A stretch of 59,223 nucleotides of DNA, filler included, from 6 parts of 6 records of this genome joined end to end with filler, not necessarily neighbours in it; one strand, 5' to 3'. Counted from the first letter of the whole stretch, positions 21,520 to 32,826 are shown. Numbers and translations are program-made. Notes: a model not told the origin generated them from the sequence alone.

Positions 21520-21956
21520 GCAAGAATAATAAACCTATTAGCAATGTGATAGCCACAATTAAGCCAAGTGGTGTCAAAAATGCTTTAAATGGTTTTTTTA
21601 GTGCTTTTAATACACTTGCTACAGTACCAACAACAATCACAAACATAACACCAAACACAATGAGTACAATACCAGGATTGTCTGCATATAAAGATTTCAC
21701 TTGATCAACAATCCAATCCCATGCATCAAAGCCTCCATCGTTGTCTTCTCCTGGTTCTAGTCCATCATCAATGGTTACTTTCAAATCAATGTTTTCTTCA
21801 TCGACGGTGTAAACAAGTCCATTTGTCATGTAAGTAAATGAAATGATATTCACACTATCATCATCAACTTTCACTTTATTAAATGGTTTTTCAAATGTAC
21901 CAAAATCAAGTTGCCATAAACTATACGTATCAAGGTTTAATCCTTCAAATTCTGCA
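21509..21956 (-). CDS. C-terminus of a larger membrane-anchored protein (pIII/adsorption-like by position), 5' truncated
   Basis: Frame stays open to the contig edge (AEFEGLNLDTYSLWQLDFG...); acidic Gly-rich linker, then two C-terminal TM helices. Confidence 0.6.
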
Positions 21957-22056
21957 NNNNNNNNNNNNNNNNNNNNNNNNNNNNNNNNNNNNNNNNNNNN
22001 TTAATTAATTAANNNNNNNNNNNNNNNNNNNNNNNNNNNNNNNNNNNNNNNNNNNN
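21957..22056. other. Artificial contig spacer
   Basis: N44-TTAATTAATTAA-N44. Confidence 0.99.
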
Positions 22057-22109
22057 AAATAATTTTAAGTGTCGAAGTTGGGTTAAAAGGAGATACCAAT
22101 AACAGGGAT

Positions 22110-23216
22110 TTACATATTTCGTCCTGTTTTAACCTTGTTGCGTCCGGTATTTTTTGCATCATAGAGTGCCTGATCTGCTCTGTCCAGAACAACCTCGGCT
22201 GAATCTCCGGTTTCAGGAAAAGAAGCGATTCCTATTGAAACAGTCAGATTTTGAATGGGGAGTTCTTCTTCCCCTTCAAATGGTTCCTGCAGGATAGCTG
22301 TTCTCAGTTTTTCCGCAACATAGGCTCCTCGCATCAAATCTATTTCAGGCAAAAGTACTACAAATTCTTCCCCACCATAGCGGCACAGGACATCTGCTCT
22401 CCGTAGGTTTTTTTCAAGTGTTAATGCAACCTTTCGCAGGACTTTATCGCCCAGCAAGTGACCAAATGTATCATTATATATTTTAAAATGGTCAATATCA
22501 ATCATGAGAACAGATAGATGCCGGTTGTACCTGCGAGCTCGTAATATTTCCCGTTCGTATCGTTGATCGAAATAACGTCGATTAAAAACGCTGGTTAGCG
22601 CATCTGAGAAAGCAAGTTCTTTTGCCTGATGAAAAAGTATGGTTTTATCGATGACAAAGGTTATTTGGTGGGCAATTTTGCTAAATTGGACCAATTCTTT
22701 TTCTGTAAAGGCGTCTGTTTTGTTTCGTTTCAAGTTAAGAATGCCTATGACATGATTGGTCTCGGATATTAAAGGTATTACCTGCATGGATCCCTGTGGA
22801 TTATGTCCGATTTGGGAGATGTTTTCCTGGTCACCGCTTAAATCATGGAGATAGACAGATTCCCGACTGTGAAGAACGTGTGCCCAGGGATTCATTTGAC
22901 TGTGAATTTTGATTAATGATGAGGCATGATTTGTAATTCCATACGAGGAAACCACTTTGTAATTATTCCCGGATTGCTTTGGCAGCAAAAGTGAATATTC
23001 ATCGATAAGAAAACGCGTCTTGAAAAAATTTTTAATAGCAGCTAATGTGTCATCCCGGTCCAGATTAGAGCTGAGGAGCAGATTAATCTCAAGGTATAGC
23101 TCCAATTCTTCAACCCTGGTGGAGAGCTTTTTGTTGTAATTGCTGAGCTCAGCGTATTTGTTTTTTAATGCCGTAATTTCATGTTCTATTTTATTATCAG
23201 AGTTTAGATGGTTCAC
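22110..23216 (-). CDS. GAF-GGDEF diguanylate cyclase
   Basis: Coiled coil, GAF, DALT, DIDHFK, I-site RRAD and active-site GGEEF. Confidence 0.95.
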   Translation of the reverse strand: MNHLNSDNKIEHEITALKNKYAELSNYNKKLSTRVEELELYLEINLLLSSNLDRDDTLAAIKNFFKTRFLIDEYSLLLPKQSGNNYKVVSSYGITNHASSLIKIHSQMNPWAHVLHSRESVYLHDLSGDQENISQIGHNPQGSMQVIPLISETNHVIGILNLKRNKTDAFTEKELVQFSKIAHQITFVIDKTILFHQAKELAFSDALTSVFNRRYFDQRYEREILRARRYNRHLSVLMIDIDHFKIYNDTFGHLLGDKVLRKVALTLEKNLRRADVLCRYGGEEFVVLLPEIDLMRGAYVAEKLRTAILQEPFEGEEELPIQNLTVSIGIASFPETGDSAEVVLDRADQALYDAKNTGRNKVKTGRNM

Positions 23217-23397
23217 TATTCAATCCCTTTATTAGAACGTGATTTAAAGTTACGAATGCTTGTTTGAAAAGTCGACATTTTATACCCAATAAAAACATTT
23301 CTTCACAAGATTGTATTCAATTTCTTTGAAGGGAGGCACAGTGCAAAATACAAAGGTCATCAATATATTGCAAGCACGAATCGTTTTGCGATTCTGG

Positions 23398-23930
23398 TTA
23401 TAAATATTTATATACAGTTTCCAGGTTAGAATTCCAGGATTGTTCATTTTCGATTCGGATAATTACATTATAAAGCGTATTGCGTAAAGGTTGGCTGAAA
23501 CAAATTCTTAGACGTGCCTTGCTTTGAACAGATAATGCTATTTGCATAAATTCAAATGATTTATTTAAATCAATAAAGATGTCAATGTTATCTTTTAAAA
23601 GTTCTTGTTTCATTTTGGAATCAGGGAATCCAAAGGGTCCGGCTTGATTCGGATTGTATTCAACTATTTGAAAATTTCCGGTGAAATTATAGAGTTTGCG
23701 ATTAATCTGGTCCACCAACAAAATGATGTGAGCAGAAGGGAAGATATCTCTCATTCTGTCAATGGATGCGCAAAACGCTTCGACACCTTCTTTCTCTTTT
23801 GGCAGACAGACAAGAACACGGGACGCTTTTTTAGCTGGTCAAAAATATCAACTGTATTATGATGATATTTGATTTTACTCATGAATTGATAATAGCGAAC
23901 GATGAGTTTTTGAACAAGATTTAAAATCAT
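23398..23930 (-). CDS. Hypothetical protein (DUF6913/GT9 N-terminal-like), frameshift at the A-run near 23830
   Basis: ATG at 23930; one added A joins MILNLVQK...LKKASRVLVCLP to ORF 23398-23754 (DIFIDLN, ARLRICF). Confidence 0.6.
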
Positions 23931-24062
23931 AAATATTCTCTAATCATGGATATTAGCAATTTAAACTAATATAATAATAAGGATTATAAAGATCAATATG
24001 AAATTAAGCGTCTGATTGATTGTCAGTTTGAATTTATCGTGCATATATACAAAAATGCAAAT

Positions 24063-26084
24063 TTAAAATTTCCAATCCAATTGGAGTGATATTGTATTCA
24101 CGTTATTTGATGGAATTTCATCATTCCCGGTTCCAATGATGTTTCGATCATCATATAAAGTGTGTTCGTATTTTGTGCTTATACGGATAGATTTTTGAAC
24201 GGGAAACTGCAACAACAGATACATCCGTGACCCATGCCCATAAAGCAGTTTTAGGCGCATGATACCTGGTAGATCCTGTTCGTATTGATAGAATCGTACA
24301 TCATAGAAAGGCGCCTCAAAAAAGTCCAGCGCACTTTTAGTCGGAACCAGGGAGCCTTGTTTAAGCTATAGTCCTGATAAATTAAATAACCGATGTTGTC
24401 GATTTGTGGCGTAGACATAGTGCTGTAACTGGTAACATGGTAGTGGTTATACTCAAATCGGGTTCGACATTGCATCCTTTTAGATATTTTGTAATCTATT
24501 TGCAGCCTGACGTTTGTTTTTTCATGATCACTTATTTTGCTGTGCATATTGCCAAGGGGATCTGAATACTTTTTTGAATCTTTATTAAGGCTTTTTTTAT
24601 TCTAAGAGTCAGTAATAATTTTTTAGATAAATTTTGTTCTAATAATCCCATAATCTGCCAGCCCGTTAAAGGCATCGATGTTTGATACGATGGCCATGGA
24701 AACCTGTATTGGTCGAAATAGAAAGATATTTTCGTCCTCGGACCTGGACGATACCGCCAGCCTGTATAGAGTCCCTGTTCATTATTTAAAGTTGTACCTC
24801 GAATCCCGAATCCTCTACCATGTGGATTATAAAAATTTACATCAAAATGACGAAATGACAATGTCCAGGAAAATCGTGAAAGATCTAACAGTAAGCCACC
24901 AACAAGCGCCCAGGCCCGGGAATTAGAGTTGGCAATTTCAGAAAATATATTTATACTTTTGGATGAAATATCAAATGCTAATCCCCTGACAACACATGTG
25001 CTGCCGTGAAAAGCAAACTCATTTTCTATACCAGTTTTTTGCTTAATGACTTTATCATAGGCCAGTGAGAGATGCGAATATTCAATGCTTCCCAATTTGG
25101 GAACATGATATTTCACATTTAATCCCATAATATTTTCTAAAAGTTTGTCTTTACATTCTCTTTCATATTGCGTTCTGTGATATCCCGTTTTAGGAATGCT
25201 TGAAACACTGTCTTTTTGAACAGACGCGTCCTTTTTGGCTTTGCTTATAAATGTTGTTAACTCTAATTTTTTTCGTAAATAGTGGAGGGCTGTCCCATAC
25301 AGAGCAAAATTTTCATCAACTGAGGCATAGGATACAATGTTTCTGGAGCGTTGTTTGACCGGTGCAAGAGGTGCATTGCTTTTTTTAACCGGTATGGACT
25401 GCTAAAGACCAGACCCTGGCCGAATTCGGCGATGTAATGCCCCAGGTTAACCTGGACATTATACTTTGGGAGTTTTATTTCACTGTAGCCTATGGTCAAA
25501 TCATTCAGCTGTTTTTCTCCTGGATCTTTTTCAAACAACAATCCGAATTTTATGTGATCACCGGCGCATCCTTTTAACCGATTATAGATTTTATATTCAT
25601 CACCTGCGTAAGATCCATTTATGAGACCTTTATTTTTTTCCCGCGTAAACCGAATTCGTTGACGCCCGGTTAGGTGAAAATCGATCTCCCTTTTTTTGTC
25701 CTTAACATAAACAAATTGAGAAAGGGTGTGCATCAGGTCCGGGTGCATGCCTTTTACAGATAATAATTCTAATTTATCCATAAAAGAGCCTTTGCTTTTA
25801 CGATGTTTCAGAATTTCGTGAGCAAGTTGTGGTGAAAGCCATGGAAGGGATTGCAGTTCCGGGAATGTGGCTGAATTAAGATCTATGGGATTTTCAAGAA
25901 TATGATTTAAATATTCTAACAAATCTGTTTGATCCTCACTTTCTGATTCTGTATCTAACAGATTTTCATGATCCGGATTTTGCCCCTTTAATGGTTTGAT
26001 TAGGATTGTGTGAAAAAGAAGATAATAAATAATGAATAACGTAGTAATGCTTTTCAAATGTTCACGTTTTTCAAAAACATACAT
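24063..26084 (-). CDS. ComEA-like helix-hairpin-helix + outer-membrane beta-barrel protein, fragmented into several frames
   Basis: PIDLNSAT..ELQSLP HhH, EKDPGE, FGQGL, NEQGLY motifs; C-terminal LQLDWKF barrel signature; pieces 25263-26084, 24532-25128, 24251-24547, 24063-24260. Confidence 0.75.
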
Positions 26085-26097
26085 AGGAATACCTTGT

Positions 26098-26937
26098 TTA
26101 TCTAAAAAGATTCATGGAGAGATGATGTGTTCTTCCCAGATCTGAGTGAGTACTGAAAGCATAATCCAGGCGAGCTGAGGATAATTGAATACCAAAGCCA
26201 AAAGAAAATTTTGCCGGATTGTGTTCGATACCAAACCTGAAGCTAAATTTAGAGCACGGACAATATTCAATACCATTTCGTAAAGACGGGTGGAACCTTA
26301 TATCTTTATAAACATCCAGGAATAATTTGATTGGTTTTGCAGGTTTAATTTGCACCCCTGTCTGAAAAATGTGTGGTAGTTGTTCCTGACACTGGCCAAT
26401 TCGGGAGTAGGTGATATTTTTTATACAACATCCCCAGATTATTTTTTCAGAAAAAAAGGCAGTTATTCCCAGATCTGCCTGAACTGACATTGCATCTCCA
26501 TAATGTTTTATTTCTAAACAAAGAGTTTTAATATTAAAACCCACATCAACGGTTTTGTTTATGGGGAACGATGTTGATGTATAAAAAGAGTTTTCGTGGT
26601 AAGCTTTATTGCCAAATTGAGTAAAGGCAACTCCAACTCCCAATCCTTTAATACAATAACTCATGGCAACAGCATTAAAGGATAATTCCGATAATCCAAA
26701 AAGTTTTGTGTGGTAAACATGTACATCAAAGCATTTGAGTTTACCGATAGCTGCCGGATTATAGTAAAGACATTCAGTCTGTCCCGTGGCTGCCACGTAA
26801 GCACCTGCCAACCCGATGGATCTGGCCCCCATCATTATATCTTCAAAGGCCGCTCGTGAATTAGGACTATACATCATTATTGTGAATATCCAGATAAGAA
26901 GTTGGGAACGAAAGATATGCTTGCTTTGTATAATCAT
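26098..26937 (-). CDS. PorV/PorQ-like (FadL-fold) outer-membrane protein
   Basis: GARSIGLAGAYVA, YYNPAA, DYAFSTHSDLG.THHLS. Confidence 0.7.
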   Translation of the reverse strand: MIIQSKHIFRSQLLIWIFTIMMYSPNSRAAFEDIMMGARSIGLAGAYVAATGQTECLYYNPAAIGKLKCFDVHVYHTKLFGLSELSFNAVAMSYCIKGLGVGVAFTQFGNKAYHENSFYTSTSFPINKTVDVGFNIKTLCLEIKHYGDAMSVQADLGITAFFSEKIIWGCCIKNITYSRIGQCQEQLPHIFQTGVQIKPAKPIKLFLDVYKDIRFHPSLRNGIEYCPCSKFSFRFGIEHNPAKFSFGFGIQLSSARLDYAFSTHSDLGRTHHLSMNLFR

Positions 26938-27064
26938 ATGAATTATTTCCTTGATAATATTGATAAAAAGTTGAATATTTACTGTTAGATAATATTGTTT
27001 AAATGCGAAACTCCACGAGTTACGTTTTTATATAGAAAAAGATATTAAATTAGGAGTTACCAAT

Positions 27065-27937
27065 ATGTTCACAGAATTGAAACGGGCTTTATTGTTTTTG
27101 TTGGTTGTGATAACGATTTTAATTATCACCTCATCAAAATTAACTTTTGCACAAGCCCTTGAAGCAACAGTTTCTTTAGAATTGCAATCGCTCCCACAGG
27201 AAAAACAGGATAAACTTCGTGATTTTGCTGATCAAATAGCATATTATATTAATAGTTTTGATTGGTGTGGTGACCCCTGGAATACAATTGTTTATGTTGA
27301 CCTGCAATTAAAATTTGACGAAATCAGCACTGGAGCTGAAGAGCGATACAAGGGTACGATCGTTGGCAGTAATAATTATGATATTCAGTTTAGTGATGTG
27401 AGGTGGCGTTTTGCTTATCGGAGTGGCGATCTGCTTGAACACAATGAAAATGTGCAGGATTCTTTTACAAGTTTGATTGATTTTTATATGTATATTATTC
27501 TTGGCGGCGAATTTGACAAATGGGGTACTCTTGAGGGGACGCAATATTATGAGAAAGCTCGTAATGTGGCTGAGGAGAGCAAGTTTGGATTAGGGCGTTT
27601 TATTGAGGGCTGGGATCGCCGTCTTGATTATATTAATTACATTCTAAGTGAACGTCATAAGCCGTTCAGGGAAATGGTTGATTATTATTTTTATGGACTG
27701 TCATTTGTGAGGGAGGATAATGCGAAAGCGCGTAAGCATTGCGCAACAGCCATAAAAATGTTAGATCGAATACTTGCTGATGATCCTGAGAATGAATATG
27801 GAAAAAGATTCATTCAGGCACATAATTCAGAGTTTATTGAGATATTTAAAAGAGCTAAAGATAAAAGTACTGTCCGAACGTTATTGGTTCTGGACCCCGG
27901 GAATGAGAGAATATATCGAGATATTTTAAATAATTAG
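27065..27937 (+). CDS. DUF4835/PorD-like exported protein
   Basis: Signal peptide; LEATV, IAYYIN...W, TSLIDFYMYIILGGEFD, G.QYYEKARN. Confidence 0.7.
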   Translation: MFTELKRALLFLLVVITILIITSSKLTFAQALEATVSLELQSLPQEKQDKLRDFADQIAYYINSFDWCGDPWNTIVYVDLQLKFDEISTGAEERYKGTIVGSNNYDIQFSDVRWRFAYRSGDLLEHNENVQDSFTSLIDFYMYIILGGEFDKWGTLEGTQYYEKARNVAEESKFGLGRFIEGWDRRLDYINYILSERHKPFREMVDYYFYGLSFVREDNAKARKHCATAIKMLDRILADDPENEYGKRFIQAHNSEFIEIFKRAKDKSTVRTLLVLDPGNERIYRDILNN

Positions 27938-28635
27938 TAAAGACTTTTTCTAAAAATTTATCATTTGAATTATTTTCTTTACCTGAAATTCTACAAGCGA
28001 GTGGTTTCTTATGTCACGCATGTTTTTTGTTTGCTATACTAAACAGTGACATATTATTACATAATTCCGTTTATTTAACAAAATTATTGGCTTTCTGGAA
28101 ATCCTTTTGCGTTGGATCCATTATTTCCATAGTCGAAAAGGATTCTGATCCCGGGTAAATCGCCACATTCTTTTTCAGCAGCAAAGAATGTGGCTTATTG
28201 TATACGTCCTCTTTGTTATTTAAGAGATCTTTACCGGTAATATGTTGATTTGTGTAATTCAAACCGTGTGTTTGATATATCTAGCTGAATCCTGATGTAT
28301 CATTTCAAATGAATTGAGGCTTTTTTTATTCATGTCATTTTTGTCTTCATTGTTTCAATTTTCCTGGCCTGTTTTGCAAAGGCCAGGAATTTTACCGCAT
28401 ACACCTGAGTCAACTCAATAGTTGGTTTGTTTTGCGTCGAATGATGGATAAAAAGGGTCAGGATACTGAAATAAATTAGCTGTTTTGGTAGTGATTTTAT
28501 TTTGTGATTCTTTTTTAGGAAAGAAAAATAGTGCTTGATTTGCTTTTTCTCAAATGGTATATTCTTAATATAAGAAATTGTGGGATAGAATTGGCAATGA
28601 CATGAGAAGAATGATCAAGTAGGAGTTGGGGGATC

Positions 28636-29364
28636 ATGCGATACGCTATTATCTCAGATATTCATAGTAATTTGACAGCACTTGAATGTGTATTACAATC
28701 TATAGGATTGGAAGAATGTGACAAAGTTGTCTGTTTGGGTGATCTGGTAGGTTACGGACCTTTTCCTAATGAGTGTGTTGAGCTTGTCAGCTACATGGCA
28801 GATCTGATAGTGGTTGGTAATCATGACCATGCCGCTATTGGTTTGACAGATACGAGTTCATTTAATCCGTACGCAAAAGCAGCTATTGACTGGACAAACT
28901 CGGTTTTATCAGATAAAAATAAAGAAATTTTAAAAGGCCTTCATTTTGAAGTACAAGATGGGGAAGCGCTTTTCGTCCACGCATCACCTTGTGATCCTCC
29001 TTCCTGGAATTATGTGCTAAATATATGGGATGCCAGGAGAAATTTTGAGTGTTTTGATGAAAACATATGTTTTATCGGCCATTCACATATTCCACTTAAT
29101 TTTGTCCATGTTGACGGGGATACTTTACAATCCGTAACAATAGATCCCCTTCAGATCAAAAAGAATAATCGCTATATAGTTAATGTCGGAAGTGTTGGTC
29201 AGCCGCGAGATGGGAATTCAAAAGCGGCATATGTTATTTACGATACAAAGGCAAAAGTGATCGAGATGCGTCGGGTGGAATATGATGTTTTAGCCACCCA
29301 GGTGGCAATGATCGAAAGAAAATTACCGCGGTTTTTAACAGACAGATTAGTGCAAGGGCGTTGA
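28636..29364 (+). CDS. Calcineurin-like metallophosphoesterase (YfcE/PPP-like)
   Basis: ISDIHSN, GDLVGYGP, GNHD, HASP, GHSH, NVGSVGQPRDG. Confidence 0.93.
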   Translation: MRYAIISDIHSNLTALECVLQSIGLEECDKVVCLGDLVGYGPFPNECVELVSYMADLIVVGNHDHAAIGLTDTSSFNPYAKAAIDWTNSVLSDKNKEILKGLHFEVQDGEALFVHASPCDPPSWNYVLNIWDARRNFECFDENICFIGHSHIPLNFVHVDGDTLQSVTIDPLQIKKNNRYIVNVGSVGQPRDGNSKAAYVIYDTKAKVIEMRRVEYDVLATQVAMIERKLPRFLTDRLVQGR

Positions 29365-29589
29365 TCTTTTGTGAATTATGCACATTGAATTTACTGATTT
29401 TTTACTTTGTGCCTTGAAATTAATCAGACGATAAAATATTTATAATAAATTGGCATCATTTGACAGGCATTCCGTGTTATTGCACGTGTGTTAAGCAAGT
29501 GGAATTTTCCATAAAAGGTTTTTTCAAATTCCGTTAATAGTAAATTCCTTGGCTTTTAAGTGCTAATGAATTGATACGAGAGGAATTGT

Positions 29590-30102
29590 ATGACTTTAAA
29601 TCAAAGTAAAAATGGAAAGAGGGTTGTGTTTTCAGAATCCTCCTATCACAAAGTAGCGAAGATTCTGGCAGATTTTAAAAGAATGTCCAATGCCAACCTT
29701 TGTGTTTTCGCTGATATGAATGGCTATCCGATTACTTATAGTGGAGAGTTGCGGGACATGGACATCTCTACTTTGTCGGCGTTAGCAGCTGGAGATTTTG
29801 CAGCGACAACGGAAATGTCAAAAATGATCAGTGGTGAAAATCAGTTTAAATTTATTTATCATGAGGGGCAAACCCGAAATATTTATCTCTGTAATGTTGG
29901 CAATGATTATCTCCTGATAGTTGTTTTCGGCAAGAATGTCGCCCTTGGTATGATACGTGTTTTAGCAAATCAGGTCATTCGCAATCTGCATTCATTACTG
30001 GCAAAACTTAAAGCAGAAAGCGCAAAAGCATCTCAATTTTTAGATGCCGAATTTCGAGATCTGCTAAACAATGAGATAGATAAATCTCTGGGTTTAAAGT
30101 AG
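29590..30102 (+). CDS. mglB: MglB-like Roadblock/LC7 protein (GAP)
   Basis: LSALAAGDFAAT.EMSKMI.GE..F...HEG...IY, LGMIRV. Confidence 0.9.
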   Translation: MTLNQSKNGKRVVFSESSYHKVAKILADFKRMSNANLCVFADMNGYPITYSGELRDMDISTLSALAAGDFAATTEMSKMISGENQFKFIYHEGQTRNIYLCNVGNDYLLIVVFGKNVALGMIRVLANQVIRNLHSLLAKLKAESAKASQFLDAEFRDLLNNEIDKSLGLK

Positions 30103-30115
30103 TATTATTATAGAA

Positions 30116-30688
30116 ATGCATTTTGACAAACTACAGGATGAAATTGTTTTCAAGATCGTTTATTATGGTGCTGGATTGTGTGGAAAAACGACGAATCTGG
30201 AATTTATTCATTCACACCTGGATCCTTCCTTACGTGGAAATTTGATTACACTTAAAACCAAAGAAGATCGAACACTTTATTTTGATTTTTTACAATTAGA
30301 GCTTGGGAGAATAAAAGGAAAAAAACCTCGATTTCATCTTTATACAATCCCAGGACAGGTTTACTATGGATTTAGTCGAAAGCTCCTGTTACGTGGTGCC
30401 GATGCTGTTGTTTTTGTTGTTGATTCTCAAAAGGCGAGAATGGAAGATAATTTAAAAACACTGGAAGACCTGGAAGTAAAATTAAATATATACAAGCAAT
30501 CACTTGAGACTTTTCCATGGATTATTCAATACAACAAAAGAGACTTGCCTGACGTCGAAAGCATTAAGGGATTACAGCAGAAAATTAATTTTTTGAATGT
30601 TCCACACTATGAAGCAGTGGCCTCAGATGGACAGGGTGTGCTTGAGACACTGCGAGGGACCATTAATATGGTGTTTTCCAAATTATAA
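30116..30688 (+). CDS. mglA: MglA small Ras-like GTPase
   Basis: KIVYYGAGLCGKTTNL, DRTLYFDF, YTIPGQ, QYNKRD, EAVA. Confidence 0.95.
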   Translation: MHFDKLQDEIVFKIVYYGAGLCGKTTNLEFIHSHLDPSLRGNLITLKTKEDRTLYFDFLQLELGRIKGKKPRFHLYTIPGQVYYGFSRKLLLRGADAVVFVVDSQKARMEDNLKTLEDLEVKLNIYKQSLETFPWIIQYNKRDLPDVESIKGLQQKINFLNVPHYEAVASDGQGVLETLRGTINMVFSKL

Positions 30689-30795
30689 GTCATGTGTAAC
30701 ACCATGAAAGTGATGTCAGAGTGTCATTTTCAGGATAAAGATATAAATCAAGCTATATTCTATTCATTGAATGGAATTATCGTGAGGGAGTATCC

Positions 30796-31257
30796 ATGAC
30801 CGATTTTTCTGGATTAGGTAGTAGCTTTAAGATGAGGAAAAAAACGGAAATGAACGTTTCAGACCGACCGTTGCAGTATAATATTGAAGCTTTTATGAAA
30901 GATGTTGTTCATCTTGGTAACTATGAAGCAGTCTATCTTTTTGACCAGGATGGTCTCGCATTAGCGCAAAGCTCATCTGAGAAAGTTTTAAGCGATCTCA
31001 AAGCTGTTGAAGTATCTGTGATGATGAATAAAGTTCAAAAAATCATCCAGGATATCGGCGGTTTGTCAAGTATTAAAGAAATTGTTATTGAAGATGATAA
31101 CAAAAGAAAAATGGTTTTTCGGTTTATTCAATTTTTCAGCCAAACGACCATACTCGTTATTGTGATACCAGCGAAGAAAACTTATCGTGGGTTAACAAAT
31201 CGTTTGGAGAAATTGATTGCAAAGCAAAGTCGGAATGTTGAAACGGAAATTAGCTAA
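30796..31257 (+). CDS. Second Roadblock/profilin-fold protein
   Basis: AVYLFDQDGLALA..., EIVIE...KMVFR..TILVIV pattern; follows mglA. Confidence 0.65.
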   Translation: MTDFSGLGSSFKMRKKTEMNVSDRPLQYNIEAFMKDVVHLGNYEAVYLFDQDGLALAQSSSEKVLSDLKAVEVSVMMNKVQKIIQDIGGLSSIKEIVIEDDNKRKMVFRFIQFFSQTTILVIVIPAKKTYRGLTNRLEKLIAKQSRNVETEIS

Positions 31258-31284
31258 TCCCTTTTAATAAACGAGTTTTTTAAT

Positions 31285-32599
31285 ATGTCTACAAATTCCT
31301 CCTTAAGGCCATCACTCATTTCCACTATTTCCTGGATATTATACGATTTTGCCAATACTGCTTTTTCCATGAATATCGTTTCACTCTATTTTAGTACATG
31401 GATTATCATTAATCTTGCTCAACCAGACGCTGTTGTTTCTATAGCAAATTCTTTGTCAATGGGATTGGTTGCACTTACTCTTCCCGTGTTAGGGGATTGG
31501 GCAGATCGAAAAGGAAAAAAATATTTGCTTTGGCTGTATTTACCGGGGTATGCATCCTGGGAACTATTGTCATTGGAATTATTGGTTTAAATATAAGCCA
31601 GGTCTCCATTGTCCTGCCATTTATTGTTTTACTTTATATTGTTGCCAACTATAGTTACCAGGGTGGTTTGGTTTTTTATAATGCCCTTATGCCAGCTGTA
31701 AGCACACCGAAAAACATGGGTCGGATTTCTGGTTATGGAGTTGCCCTGGGATACCTGGGATCTGTTGCCGGTTTAAGTGTGGCCGGGATTTTTGTGGATG
31801 CCGAGTTTTATGGGCTAAAAGTACCTGGTATAAATCCGGGGGGTGCTCCTGCTGCCTTTATTCCAACAGCACTTCTTTTTCTTGTTTTTGCTTTACCTAT
31901 TTTTATTTTTATTAAAGAACCCCCGTTAGCGGATAATCAGAAAAAAGTTGGCGTTTGAAAGATTCTTATTCCAGGGTTTTGAATACAGTCAAAGATACGA
32001 AAAACTATCCTGGTTTATTAAGATTTCTTGTAGCAAAACTTTGTTATGAGGACAGTATTCAGACTATAATTCTTTTTATGGGAGTGTACGCGCAAGCTGT
32101 CGTCGGTTTTACATTGGCTGAGGCAAAACAATTTTTTATTGCACTCATCCCGGCAGCAGTCGTGGGTTCGGCACTGTGCGGCATATTAACTGATCATTAT
32201 GGTCCCAAAAAGACGTTAATGGCCGTCATTTTATTCTGGATTCTTTCTTTGGTCATTGTCATTGTTACCGTAGATAGAACGATATTTTGGGTGATGGGTG
32301 GCATCATCGGTATCTTGTTGGGCTCAACCTGGACATCTGCACGTCCGTTACTCATTACCCTCGTCCCAAAAGAGAATTTGGGCGAATTTTTTGGATTGTA
32401 TGCTTTGTCTGGTAAGGTTGCTGCCATCATTGGTCCTCTTGTATGGAGCACTGTTACGCTTATTTTAAAAGAATACGGAGATGTTCTGAGATATAAAGCT
32501 GCTGTCGGCGCGCTTGTGGTTATAATGTGTATAGGTTTGTTTATTCTACGTGGCGTTCCGGATTTTCATGCACAGTTAAAAGGACGTAAAAATGTATAA
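31285..32599 (+). CDS. MFS transporter (UMF1/BtlA/Atg22-like), split by two frameshifts
   Basis: SWILYDFANTAF, FYNALMP, GRISGYG.ALGY, GEFFGLY across three overlapping ORFs; breaks at the A-runs near 31515 and 31941. Confidence 0.85.
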
Positions 32600-32682
32600 A
32601 ACACTTTTTCACCTGGAAAAAGCAGGTTTATTTGTAAAGTAAAAGGTCTCAAAACAAGTATAAAAAGCAAATATTGAAAAAC

Positions 32683-32826
32683 TGTACTATTTTGAGACAG
32701 TGTAATAATATTAAACACCTTTTTGAAATAAATAAGAATTATTTATATGGTTTATTTGTTGTTAATTAATAGATTATGGTGAATAAGAAATTGCCGTATT
32801 GTTTGTTTAAAGGTACGATTTTTGTA
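32683..32826 (+). promoter_or_regulatory. Two tandem TGT-N11-ACA sites plus a degenerate -24/-12 element
   Basis: TGTACTATTTTGAGACA (32683), TGTAATAATATTAAACA (32701); AGGTACGATTTTTGTA (32811, GG-N10-GT). Confidence 0.45.

Larger units (their letters stand above)
17613..21956. mobile_element. Integrated element/prophage at tRNA-Gly, inovirus-like, truncated by the contig end
   Basis: XRE repressor, tyrosine integrase, Zot/pI-like ATPase and small TM genes directly after a tRNA 3' end; the second att site is not visible. Confidence 0.75.

Noticed and set aside
28340-28420. Possible c-di-GMP-I riboswitch near the GCAAA-containing hairpin
   Set aside because: The GNRA tetraloop/receptor and second stem of the GEMM motif could not be identified.
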